Counted from the first letter of the whole stretch, positions 24,546 through 37,460 are shown. The stretch: DNA of 63,451 bases, filler included, from Octopus bimaculoides (GCF_001194135.2; 6 parts of 5 records of this genome joined end to end with filler, not necessarily neighbours in it); one strand, 5' to 3'. The notes: generated from the sequence alone by a model not told the origin. Program-made: numbers and translations.

Positions 24546-25279
24546 CCACCACCACCACCACTACTTGACAACCACAGCTGGTTTGTTTATGTTCTAGTAA
24601 CTTCACCTTTTTGGCAAAAGAGACCAATAGTATGAGTACAAGGCTTAAAAAAGAAAGATAAGTACTGGGCTCAATTTGTTTGACCAAAATCCTTTAAAGA
24701 GGTACCCCAGCATGGCCACAGTCTAACAACAGAAACGACTTAAAAGTAAAAGGTACATATATGTGGTTTTGGGTTCAAGGGCTGTGTGGTTAAGAAGTTT
24801 GCTTTCCAATGATATAGTTTTGGGTTCAATTCAATAGCACAGTACCTTGGACACATGTCTTCACTATAGCCTCAAGCCAACCAATTCTTTGTGAAAGAAT
24901 CTGGTAGACAAAAACTGTGTGGCACTGTGTTATGTGAATTCATATGTATATGTGTGTTATTTCTTTACTACCCACAAGAGGCTACACACAGAGGGGACAA
25001 ACGGATTAAGTCGATTATATCGAACCCAGTGCATAACTGGTACTTATTTAATCGACCCCAAAAGGATGAAAGGCAAAGTCGACCTCGGCGGAATTTGAAC
25101 TCAGAACATAGCGGCAGACAAAATACCGCTAAGCATTTCGCCCAGTGTGCTAACGTTTCTGCCAGCTCGCCGCCTTATATATGTATATGTGTGTGTACAC
25201 AGACACACGCACACAAAGGACTGAGATACCTGGCACCTGGCTGTACTCAAGAAGACCTGAACCCAACAGCAGAAGTGTT

Positions 25280-25592
25280 ACAACCAATCCTTCTGGTGGT
25301 GTAAAGCACCCATGGCAGTGCCTTGTAAAAGCACCCATGTTGTGACACATAAAAGCGCCCATGTGGAATCACATAAAAGCACCTGTGCAATGACATGTAA
25401 AAGTGCCCAAGAAGTGTCACATAAAAATGCCTGTCCAGTGCCACGTAAAAGCATCCAGTACATTCTGTAAAGTGGACGGCATTAGGAAGGGCATCCAGCC
25501 ATAGAAATCATGCCAAATCAGACTGGAGTTTGGTGCAACCTTGCCAGCTCTCAGACTGTCCAACCCATGACAGACATTAAATGATGATGATG
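25280..25592 (+). mobile_element. SINE family E (V-domain-like ggcattaggaagggcatccagc, (GAT)n tail) with an internal 24-bp minisatellite of about 7 units. Copies: 17347-17515(-), 20637-20729(-), 22860-23030(+), 29385-29630(-)
   Basis: Shared 3' sequence ending in gatgatgat; degenerate (g/a)taaaagcacccatg units at 25301-25470. Confidence 0.75.
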
Positions 25593-26229
25593 TCACACAC
25601 ACACACATTCACATACATATATATATATATATATATATAGTAGTATAGTTTAAATGAAGCATTGTCTCATATATATAAACATTTTTAATTATTTATTATT
25701 AAGAAGCCAAAAGCCACAGTCCAACTGACTAAAACAAATGAAACAATAAAAGAGAAGAATACTGGAGCCTTTTTCATCATACTATCCTTCAAGACCAGCT
25801 TTATTCAAAACAAAATGAATTGCCATTTATTTCATAAGTCAATAGGGTGGCCTTGCTGCACTCACTCAATCTACTAGAAATAACAGTAAAATCTCCTTCA
25901 AAATCAAACCCACAGTCTTAAACAAAGAAGGATACATTGGATATTGTATTACCCTGGATAACACTAAAAAGACAAGAGGTTATAATTGGAATGGTTTTGA
26001 TCAAAGGTTTGTTCATCAGAGATAATCTGGTTTATATTATATTTTACTTTTACTGTGCCAATTTCCTTATATATTGGGTCTCACTATCTAATGAGCACAG
26101 GCATAGCCATGTGGGGTAAGAGTTTCTCTTCACAACCACACACATAACCTCAGGTCTTCTTTTTCTTTAATCCCTAGCTGGCAACTGGAAGGAGAGGCTG
26201 TCCTCACAACCAATGCACTGCTGTGAATG

Positions 26230-26500
26230 CTGCTGGATGATGGACTCAGGTGATGATGTTATTCCACACTTTCCAAGCCATGGTGTGTCTGGAAGAAGCT
26301 CAACATCTCCCTAAGGATCAAGATCTCTCTTTCCCACATGCTGGTTCTGCCTGTCCTCCTTTACAGTGCCGAGTCCTGGACCATTATCAGACAAAATCTG
26401 AACAAGCTCAAGATGTCCCAAACACAGTGTCTTTGCCAGGTTTTTGGTGTTTCTCTACACGAGCAAATCTCAGATAACAACATCCAAAGAACCTCAGGTC
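26230..26500 (+). mobile_element. RTE-like LINE C-terminal fragment
   Basis: Frame VWKKLNISLRIKISLSHMLVLPVLLYSAESWTI...QCLCQVFGVSLHEQISD. Confidence 0.75.
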
Positions 26501-29360
26501 ACCACAAACCTTGAAAATATAATTAAATTGAAACTGTGGAAGCCTGTTAAATGGAATTTGTTTTCAGGTAGTAGGTGTGTCACTTAGTTTAACGTCTCCA
26601 TTTGGTTCTTGGATACTTTTGGTGAAGTCCTTTCTATTGTTGAAGACAAGTGTGCTTCTCATTACTACAGCAAGCTAAGAGTAGTAATTCTTTCCTCCTT
26701 TTCTCCCCCATAGTTTCACAGATCCTGCAAGGGCCATGCGAAGGTCAGAGAAATTGCTCTTTATCCTCTAACTAAACCTTGGAAAAAAAACCCAAAAAAC
26801 TTTTAATCCATGATAAAAAAAAAAAAGAAAAGGCTTCCATCAAACAAGCATCTCCAATATTATGGAAATCTTATGTTCATGAGAATCTTGCCATTATGCA
26901 GAATTCCATAAAATGAAACCTATTTTCCCATTGTATACGTTGCACTACAGAATTCCAAATTACACAATAAGATTTTCAAGAATGCAATGCTTCTGCAATG
27001 CAGAAAATGCCTACATCTGAAATATCATCTTTCTGATCTTTGACAGTTTTCCATACTTTATTGTATACGTGCTTCATAAAAATTCATTTTTTTTCTTTGT
27101 GCTTAAGAAGTAACCATTGAAAACTATTAACTAGCAAAATAAGAAGCCAAATATCAAATACCACCATTAATAATATTATTATTATTTGTAGGGTGATGAG
27201 TTGGCAAAACCATTAGCAGCATTTCATTCGTCTTTCTGTTCTGAGTTCAAGTTCCACCCGAGGTAAATTTTCCCTTTCATCCTTTTGAGGTTGCTATTAT
27301 AAAGTATTACTTGAGCTTGTACTTATTCTATTGGTCTCTTTTGCTGAACTATGAGCTATGGAGATGTAAACAAACCAGCACTGGCTGTCAAGCAGTGGTG
27401 TGAGACACACACACACACACACGCACACATATGATAGGGTCGATGTAATCAACTTACCCCTCCCCCAAAATTATTGACCTTGTGCCAAAATTTGAAAGCA
27501 ATATTACTGTTATCTGTAATAAGTCAGTCTAACTTTAGCACAAAGCCAGCAATTTCAGGTGAAGGGGTAAGTTGATTACATTGACCTCAATGCTCAACTG
27601 GTACTTTTATATTAGCGACTTGAAAAGGGTGAAAGGCAAAGCTGACCTCATCAAGATTTGAAACCAGGATGTAAAGAGCTGGTACAAATATCTTAATGCA
27701 TGTTCCCTGGTATTCTCACTATTTTGCCAATCTGCTAACCATGATGAGAATGGTAGCAGTGGTGGTGGTGGTGGTGATGATGAGGACGACGGTGATAAAT
27801 CTTCTCTTTATCATTTCCAACAGAAAGAGCAAGAAAATGATAAAACCAGATTACAGTACTTGGTTCACTGAAACAAAATCTTAATTCAAAACAGAAATTG
27901 AGAAGTGCATTTGTGAACAAGAAGTAAGTCATTTGAACAGAAAAACTGCCACTGACTTTCCCAGAAACTGTTGATTTAAAAATTTCAACTTAATTACAAC
28001 TCTTCCTTGAAGTGTTATATGGTACAGAAAATAAACATCATAACAAATTTTTTAATGATTGCTTTAAAATGTTAGTTTTGTAATATAATGTGAATTTATG
28101 ATTTCACAGTGTTAGAATTCCCTGTAGTTCTAATTCTATTTTAAATTACTTCTCTGAAAGAAATTGAATACAAAAATCTAGAAAAAAAAATTAGTTGGAA
28201 CAAAATAGAAATGAAATACAGAAAACAACTCATTTTTGAACACTACCAGAATAATATGCTGTCTTATGATAAAAAGACTAAAATTACCAGATTTGACAAC
28301 ATTTATTTTTAACTTGCCAACTCAGACACTGGAATCAATTTATTTCAATAAAATATTCCTTTACAACAAAGAAACCTTCCAGCTTACCTCTGTAACGAAA
28401 TTCTCATTGAACAAATCCCCACATTCGTAAAATTATTGGTAACTTATTTCTATGCAGATGTGAATTCTTTAGAAATGTCCTTGATGCTTCACAAACTAAA
28501 ACATAGCTGTTTTCTGTTTGTGCTTGCTGGCCATGTGCCACTTCAGTGGAAGCAGTAGCAGCAGCAGCAGAAGCAACAAGAATTAAAAAGACTGTTTAAA
28601 AGTCTACTAAATATGCATTTTATGAATCTCTCTCTCCTATGTCCTGAGTCTACTTATGAATATCTGTTGTCAAGTACTCTGTCATCTCCTCCCCTGTTGA
28701 TAGCAGCTTGCTATCAATAACCATGATGTCATTAACTCACTACTGCAAGCACAGCTGTAAGGAAATCCCCAACAGATTTTGGCCTTCCCCAACTAGACAA
28801 GACAATAACATTGAAATGACATGTATGTGATGGATCTGATGTAGGGAACAAAAACATTAAAAAAAGAAAAAACTTCCTGTTGCATAGAAGGAACTCTAAC
28901 AACGCACAAATGGATTAAACACATACATACTTACACAAAGAATTGTGTATGAATTTATATATATGTGCATGTATGTGGAAGGAGAAGCATTAGCCCATAG
29001 CCTGTTGCCCTGCAGGTGATAGCATAGGTACAAGAACTTAATCTCCTCAACAGATGGACAAACTTAAATAAGCTGATGTAGTTGGAGGAAATTAGTATTT
29101 ACCTTCCCACTACTACTCCAGTCTATTTATATATGTCAATACACTTCACTTGAGAGAGAGAGAGGGGCAACCAGAGAGAGAAAGAGAGAGAGAGAAATTA
29201 ATTCCATTTTAGCAGGAGAAAGCATCTCCACTGAATAAAAACATCACAACTTACGAGCAGCGACATCAAATAAGAGACTAAACAGCACTTGGATTAATTA
29301 TTTTAACATGCAACACTAAATATTAGTACTTTCAGTTTACATGTCCTTAAATGCTCTACG

Positions 29361-29392
<32 letters not shown>

Positions 29393-30020
29393 TCATCATT
29401 ATCATCATCATAGCTATCATTATTTTAGCATTCATACTTGCATAGGTCAGATAAAGCTTATGAGGTAGATTGTCTATGGCTAGATGCCCTTCCTGTTGCC
29501 AACCCTCACACCTGTATCCAAGCAAGGTAATACTTTCCCCGTGGGTCAGACATATTTTCACAGAATTTTGTTAACGAAGGACACTGCTTGTATGACAGTG
29601 ACACTCATTTACAAACTAGTATGTAACGTCAAAGCAAGAGTGATGGGAGGGAAGCCAAGTTATAAAGGGTGTTAGCAAGGAAGGTTTGGATAATGACAGA
29701 TCCAATACCCTCTCCCATCTATTACATAAGTTAGGAGAGAGGGTAACAAAGAGAGAGGAGGACAGTAGATAGAGGTTTAACAGGAATATAATGAGCAAGA
29801 GAATACACACATCTACCTTTTTATTCTTTTATTTGTTTTAGCCATATGGTTGCAGTCATGCTGGAGCACCACCATGCTATCTATTTTTTTATATATATAT
29901 GGGAAAATTTATGAAAAAAACAACAGATGAGGACAGATGGTGTAAACAACAAAAGGATGTATTAGTTTAACGCTCGGAAATAGCGAAAGTCTTTAACGTT
30001 TCGAGCTACACTCTTCAACG

Positions 30021-30610
30021 ATCTTACTTGGCTTGCCGGGTCTTCTCATGCACAGCACATTTCCAAAGGTCTCGGTCAGTAGTCATCGCCTCGGTGAGGC
30101 CCAATGTACGAAGGTCTTGCCTCACCACCTCAGCCCAGGTCTTCCTGGGCCTTACTCTTCCACAGGTTCCCTCAACTGTTAGGGTGTGGCACTTTTTCAC
30201 GCAGCTATCCTCATCCATTCTCACCACATGTCCATACCAGCGCAATCGTCTCTCTTGCACACCATAACTGATGCTTCTAATGTTCAACTTTTCTCTCAAG
30301 ATACTTACACTCTGACGGGTATTCACATTGACATTACACATCCAACGGAGCATACTGGCTTCATTCCTTGCGAGCTTATGTATGTCCTCAGCAGTTACAG
30401 CCCATGTTTCACTGCCATGTAGCATGGCTGTTCGTACACATGCATCATACAGTCTGCCTTTTACTCTGAGTGAGAGTCCCTTTGTCGCCAGCAGGGGTAA
30501 GAGCTCTCTAAACTTTGCCCAGGCTATTCTTATTCTAGCAGCTAGACTTTCAGCACACCCACCCCCACTACTAACTTGGTCGCCCAGATAGCGGAAGCTA
30601 TCAACTACCT
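30021..30610 (-). mobile_element. RTE-clade LINE 3' coding fragment, young family
   Basis: Intact frame MLHGSETW...RLRWYGHVVRMDEDSCVKKC...GRVRPRKTW...RQAK*. Confidence 0.9.
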
Positions 30611-31801
30611 AATAATCTATGCATATAATTTATAACTATTTTAATGCATTGCTATGCCTGAGGAAATGAACGCATGAATATGATCCGTCCAATGTCCATG
30701 GATACTATGGACTGTACTGTAATCATCCCACAAAGACGGATTATGATCATAAGAAACATGTAACTTGTAGAAATGCACATAATGATGCATTATAATATTT
30801 ATAAATTCTATCCATGGATTATTATTACTACTATTATCATTAAGGCGGAGAGCTGCCAAAGTTGTTAGTGCACTGGGCGAAATACTTAGTGGTATTTCGT
30901 CTGCTACTACGGTCTGAGTTCAAATTCTGCCAAGGTCGACCTTGCTTCTCATCCTTTTAGGGTTGATTAAATAAGTCCTAGTTACACTCTGGGGTTGATA
31001 TAATCCCCTCTCCAAGTTGCCCTTGTGGCAAAAATTTAAAATTATTATTATTATTATTATTATTACTATATTTACCCTACATTATATTGGCACAGCTTGG
31101 TACAACCTGATAAACTGCTACTGACTGTTAGTATCATTAGGCTGTAGGTGACATAATAAAGTAGGAGCTTTTGTATGCACATTCAAAAATGTTTCCCATA
31201 AACATGAAGGATATATATGAAATTAAATAAATGACAATGGAACAGGAAATTATGCAATGAACATCATCAGCTTACAGTTGTTTCTGTTGCAGATGCAGTG
31301 TGCTCATAGCTGAGTGCTTGTGCATCACCTTATAACTTCCTCAGAGCTTCTAGGATGAAGTGCATATGCAGGGGTTCATCATGCACCTTCGTATATACAT
31401 ATACATGTATATATACAAACAAAATTACCTAAATCTACATATTTCTGAGAGTAGCTTTTATCCTTCAATCTCTATGCTCAATTTCTTATGTATTTTTATA
31501 GTTTTCAAGGATGTCCTTTTCTTTACATGTAAATGCTTTCCCAAATAAACTTGCATTTTATTTTAGAAGTTTCAAGGAAGTTATCAGCTCATGCACAAGC
31601 ATTCAGTTCTGAGTGCACTGCATCTTGTAAGCTAATGAAGTCCATGGCATAATTTCTTGTTCCCTTGTCATGCATTTCATTTCATATCATATTACGCTCT
31701 GCACTCATCCAAAGCTTTATTCTCAAGCATATGTATACTGAGTTTTAACACCGGTTATTGATATTGCTATGCCTAACAGCATATATGTATCTATGTATGG
31801 A

Positions 31802-31871
<70 letters not shown>

Positions 31872-32230
31872 GATATATATATATACATATATATATATAT
31901 ATGTCTATATGTNNNNNNNNNNNNNNNNNNNNNNNNNNNNNNNNNNNNNNNNNNNNTTAATTAATTAANNNNNNNNNNNNNNNNNNNNNNNNNNNNNNNN
32001 NNNNNNNNNNNNAGAGAGTAAGAGTGTAGAGAGTAAGAGTGTAGAGAGTAAGAGTGTAGAGAGTAAGAGTGAGAGAGGGGGGAGTACGAGAGAAGAGAGT
32101 GAGAGAGAGTAAGAGAGAGGAGAGAAAGAGTAGGGGTGAAGAGAAGTGGGAGTGGAGAGAAGTATGAAGAGAGGTGAAGAGACGTACAAAGAAGTAGGAA
32201 TCGGAATATATATATATATATATATAAAGA

Positions 32231-32270
<40 letters not shown>

Positions 32271-33146
32271 TAGATAGATAGATACATACATACATAGATT
32301 CACGACATGCTTCTACAGAGTTTCCGTCTACCAAATTCTATCACAAGGAATTGGTCTACTCGGGACTATAGTAAATGACACTTGTCCGAGGTGTCCCGCA
32401 TTGAAATTGAGCCCGAAAATCAAGTGATGTGAAAGAGAGTTTCTTAGCCATAAATCTGTGCCAAAATAATCCTTTCATAATTTTAGTCAGTTGCGTGTGA
32501 ATGAATTTGCCTATCTTAACTTTAGAATTATGATTCCATTGTATTATTGTTTTTGAACTTTGAGCTTGTGAGTTCTCAGTCTTTTGTTACTTTCAGACAA
32601 ATTTTATCTTTCTATTCTGTCTATAATTGGAGAATATATTTCTTTAATATCACTTATATCAAGAGTATTTATTAAATTTTCATGTTGGCTGACTTGAAAT
32701 TTGGAACCGGTGTTTTACTATGTATTTATATATTGTCTCAAATAATATTTGTAATATTTGCTTCAAGCTTACTACTCATTTCAAGTTTATTACTACTGGT
32801 TTCAGAATTTGGCACAAGGCCAGCAAAGTCGATTACATCAACTCCAGTGCACAACTGAGACTTCTTTTATCGATCTCAAAAGGACGAAAGGTAAAGCTAA
32901 CCTTGACGGAATTTGAACTTAGAACATAAAGGACAAATGCTACTTGGCATTTTGCCCGGTGTGCTAACGATTCTGCCAATTCGTCGCAGTATAATTTATT
33001 AATATTGGTTTCAAATTTTGGTACAAGGCCAGCAATTTCGGTGAAGTGGGAATCGATTACAACGATCCCAGTGCTCAAGTGGTACTTATTTGATCGCACC
33101 CGAAATAATGAAAGGCAAAGACGACCTCGGCAGCATTTGAACTTCG

Positions 33147-33147
<1 letters not shown>

Positions 33148-33177
<30 letters not shown>

Positions 33178-33342
33178 TAATCCTTTCTACTATAGGAACA
33201 GGGCCTGAAATTTTGTGGGAGGAGACTAGTCGATTACATCGACTCCATTCTTTCACTGGTACTTAATTTATCAACCACGAAAGTATGAAAGGCAAAGTCG
33301 ACCTTGACAACATTTGAACTTAAATAATAACAATAATAATAA

Positions 33343-33414
<72 letters not shown>

Positions 33415-33427
33415 CAACAACAACAAC
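33148..33427. repeat. (AAT)n/(AAC)n arrays; further arrays at 36191-36290, 36960-37057 and 40530-40630
   Basis: Direct inspection. Confidence 0.95.
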
Positions 33428-33428
33428 A

Positions 33429-33922
33429 GTACCAGGCAATGGCTCCCATGGTATCTGATCTTAAATGATTGGAAGTGCTATCATATGTACACGTTTGTCT
33501 ACCTCAAAATATTCTGCTCAATACCATAGATTTGCTTGTCACTTGCTTGATCTTAACCAGTAGAGCAGGTCCCTTAGCGGCTGATGATATGTGCATCTCT
33601 GATCACGAGCAGGAGTAGTGGGTGAGCATCATAGCCACATGCTGAGAAGAATTCTTTGGGGTTTGTATAATTCATCCATAGAAACATGGGTGTTTCGTTC
33701 ATCATCCATAAATATCCCTTATTCAAGGACCTTTTGAGCAGGATGGGATACTCGGCCTGAAGAAGATTCAAACTGCGCTTCATCTGCAAGGTCATGCGCT
33801 GTTTATCTTGGTATGAGATCGCTATGTCGTGCACACATGGTTGAAGTGCGTGTATCTGGTGTTATCAGACGGGTATATAGAGCTTTGTATATCACTTTGA
33901 GGACATGCATTGCTCTCTACTC
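33429..33922 (+). repeat. About 500-bp non-coding interspersed repeat bounded by AAT/AAC arrays; second partial copy at 37063-37185
   Basis: Both copies start taccaggca(a/g)tg(g/a)ctc..atgg..tctgatcttaa..gattggaagtg, just downstream of AAT/AAC arrays. Confidence 0.7.
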
Positions 33923-34049
33923 AATAATAATTATAGTTATAATAGATTATAATGCTAAAGCTGACTGAATAGAGCGTAAGAAAAAGGAGACTGGATGAAG
34001 CTGAAGAGTAGAAATGGGAGGCAATAGAAATAGAAGAGCTAAGATGTGT

Positions 34050-36190
34050 TCTTAGGAAGTCTCACAAATGGAAAACCCCAGGATGGACCGAATCCCTAAC
34101 TTCTGGCTGAATTGTTTGACAGAAGTTCACCAAAATTTCGCTGCATCTCTAACTGATGTCATCAAGAACCCAGAGCAAATACCTGCCTGGCTGACTGGAG
34201 GAACAAAAAATGAAGACAAAAAATCCAAAGAACTACCGATCAATAACATGTCTCAACACCATCTACAAGATCTTCACATCCATATTAACAGACAGAATAT
34301 ACGCTTTCCTTGAACAAAAGTCTATCCTTCCACAAGCTCAAAAAGGCTGTAAAAGAAATTCTTATGGGTGCAAAGATCAATTACTCATAAGTAAAATGAT
34401 TGTAGAGAAGTGCCGGAGCAAAAAGAACCTGAGTATAGCATAGTATGACTACAGGAAAGCGTTTGGTAGTGTCCCACATAATTGGCTACTCAAGGTCCTT
34501 GAGATATATAAGATCTCTCCTGTCGTCTCCAAATTCTTTAAAGGTAGTATGGCCGAGTGAAACACACGTCTCCTTCTTAGCCATAGTTATGGGATGAGCC
34601 AATCTAACAACATCTACACGAAACGAAGCCTTCTTTCAAAGTAACTCTCTTTCCTCATTCTTCTTTTGCGTGGCACTGATTCCACTCTAAAACGAACTAA
34701 TTAACACCAAATATGGGTTCAAACATTATAATCCGAAAATAAACCATCTGTTTTATATGGACGATCTGAAGTTGTTTTCTTGAAACGACGAAGAGCTATT
34801 AGGGCTACTAACAACTGTTAAAGAGTTCAGCAATGAGATCGGGATGGATTTTGGCCATGATAAGTGTACTAAAGCAACTTTTGTAAAGGATAAGCTCAGG
34901 CAAACAGCTTCTATTAAATTAGATACCGACGCTAACATCAAAGACTTTCACCCACAAGAAAATTACTAATACCTGGGGATAAACGAATGAGATGGTATAG
35001 AACATGCTACTATGAAGGGAAAAACGAGAAAGGCGTATTACAGGAGAGTAAGACTCAACTCCAAAAATCGCATCGACGCCATTAACACTCTGGTACTTCC
35101 AGTAGTCCAATATAGTTTTAACGTCATTAACTGGAATCTTACAGAGCTCCAACGCTTGGACAGGAAGACAAGAAAACTACTAACATCTAAGAACACGCAC
35201 CACTCAAAGGCAAACGTTGATCGTCTTTACCTACCTAGAAATTATGAGGGAAGAGAAATGATGCCGGTAGAACTGTGTTATAACACCTCCACAATAGCAA
35301 TGAACAAGTACTTATCTAGTACAGAAGACAGGACGCTGCAGCTTGTGTGTAAACACGAAAGCAGCAAAAAATCACATTCTATTTTCAAGGAAGCTTGCAA
35401 ATTCGCTAGGAAACTTGTTATTAACCCAGAAATAGTTGAAGAACCTGAAACCACTGCCACAAAACAAGCAACACGGATCAAGCAGACTGCAAAACCAGAA
35501 CAGGTAGAAACAAATTGAGAGTGGTGGAAGCCAGAAGCCTCTGCATGGACAATATATACTTCGAGGTGGAAATGCTGATGCAGACCAAGCAACAACCCAT
35601 CAGTGGTTGAGAAGTTCAGGACTGAAAGCAGAGACTGAGGGTTTCATATTGGCGGCACAAGACCTAAGCTTGCTCACAAAAAACTACCAGGCTAGCGTTC
35701 TTCAAAACGGTTCTGACCCTAAATGCAGATTCTGATACATATTTGACGAAACAATAGACTATCTCGTCTCGGGATGCCCTGTGCTGACACCAAACGAATA
35801 CAATAATCGCCACGATAGGGTAGGACATTATTTACATTGGAAAATATGTAAACACTACAAAATCAGCACTTCAGCTTACTGGTATGAACATCATCCTGAG
35901 ACAGTCGTTGAAGGTCAAAATGTCGCTATTGTAGGTGCTTTCGGTATGATAAAAAAGCGATGTCAGAAACACATAGATAAGATCCCAGGAGAACCATGTC
36001 TCAGAGAAATCCAAAAGATTGTGCTGACTAAAGCTGCCCACATTCTTAGAAAAATCCTATCCATTTAAATGTCTCTGTTGTATTACATGAAGATATTTCG
36101 CTACTACCTCTGTCACTTCCCCTCCTCCAGCTTTCAGTCAAATTATAACATCTCTTATCCTTCACTCGCCCTAAGACGCTAGGTGTGATT
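34050..36190 (+). mobile_element. Decayed REL-endonuclease non-LTR retrotransposon, R4/Dong-like
   Basis: KNYRSITCLNTIYKIFT, QKGCKR, YDYRKAF, YMDDLKLF (34754), CRF*...LVSGC knuckle, RHDRVGHYLHWKIC and C-terminal HILRKIL*; the 3' end runs into (TAA)n; endonuclease core deleted. Confidence 0.85.
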
Positions 36191-36269
<79 letters not shown>

Positions 36270-36290
36270 TAAAAATAATAATAATAATAA

Positions 36291-36496
36291 TGGTATAAAC
36301 ACACGCCAGAAAAGGTCACAGAAAACGAGAAAGCAACCATACTCTGGGATATGCCAATACACACAGATAGAGAAATTAAGGCAAATAGACCAGATATAGT
36401 TGTCAAAGATCATGAAGAAAAAAAATGCTTTCTAATTGATGTATCAATACCAGCAGATGACAACGTTTCTCTAAAAGAAATCGAAAAACTTTCAAA
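36291..36496 (+). mobile_element. REL endonuclease-domain fragment of a related R4/Dong-like element
   Basis: WYKHTPEKVTENEKATILWDMPIHTDREIKANRPDIVVKDHEEKKCFLIDVSIP contains the PD-(D/E)xK-type RPDIVV...ID motif; directly follows (TAA)n and ends at a gap. Confidence 0.85.
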
Positions 36497-36959
36497 NNNN
36501 NNNNNNNNNNNNNNNNNNNNNNNNNNNNNNNNNNNNNNNNNNNNNNNNNNNNNNNNNNNNNNNNNNNNNNNNNNNNNNNNNNNNNNNNNNNNNNNNNNNN
36601 NNNNNNNNNNNNNNNNNNNNNNNNNNNNNNNNNNNNNNNNNNNNNNNNNNNNNNNNNNNNNNNNNNNNNNNNNNNNNNNNNNNNNNNNNNNNNNNNNNNN
36701 NNNNNNNNNNNNNNNNNNNNNNNNNNNNNNNNNNNNNNNNNNNNNNNNNNNNNNNNNNNNNNNNNNNNNNNNNNNNNNNNNNNNNNNNNNNNNNNNNNNN
36801 NNNNNNNNNNNNNNNNNNNNNNNNNNNNNNNNNNNNNNNNNNNNNNNNNNNNNNNNNNNNNNNNNNNNNNNNNNNNNNNNNNNNNNNNNNNNNNNNNNNN
36901 NNNNNNNNNNNNNNNNNNNNNNNNNNNNNNNNNNNNNNNNNNNNNNNNNNNNNNNNNNN

Positions 36960-37038
<79 letters not shown>

Positions 37039-37460
37039 TGATAATAATTGTCCTGGTGTAATACCAGGCAGTGACTCTTATGGCTTCTGATCTTAACCGA
37101 TTGGAAGTGTTAATATTTACATGTCTTGTCTTGGTGCAAAAGATGTGCTACACCAAATATTCTACTTAATGCCACAGATTTGCGTGATAACGATTCTGCC
37201 AGCTCGTCGCCTTAGTATTTATTAATATTAATAAGTTTAACCATTCACCTGACATTACAAACATTGGAATAAAAATCTGATTGGAAACGGGAAGACGTTG
37301 ACAAATTTTAATAAACGTAGAAAACATCTCCATATTAAAATTCATCATGAAAATCAGTACAAATAGAGCTTCAAGCAATGGTATCATTTTAGACACAAAA
37401 TACTATAGCCGATAAATCGTTTCTATTTTCCCAAAAGCAAAATCAAATGCACATGCTTAC

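Noticed and set aside
25301-25470. CRISPR-like look of conserved 12-mers alternating with variable 12-mers
   Set aside because: It is a 24-bp degenerate minisatellite inside a SINE in a eukaryotic genome; units are too short and there are no cas genes.
26570-27130. Protein-like minus-strand stretches (RIKSNFSDLRMALAG..., KHVYNKVWKTVKDQKDDISD)
   Set aside because: In-frame stops lie between the acceptor and donor candidates, and no consistent exon or recognisable family emerged.
28388-28495. Exon candidate ending at GAG|GTAAGC
   Set aside because: All three frames from the acceptor contain a stop; it could only be UTR and is unsupported.
30638-30765. Exon candidate LHVSYDHNPSLWDDYSTVHSIHGHWTDHIHAFISSG (His-rich, resembling the metallo-beta-lactamase HxHxDH motif)
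   Set aside because: The acceptor is AAG with no convincing GT donor, two frames are open, and the motif spacing (HGHWTDH) does not match HxHxDH; support is too weak.
31276-31350. Exon-like segment ending at a GTAAGC donor
   Set aside because: All frames from the acceptor have stops, and it is one arm of the foldback repeat.
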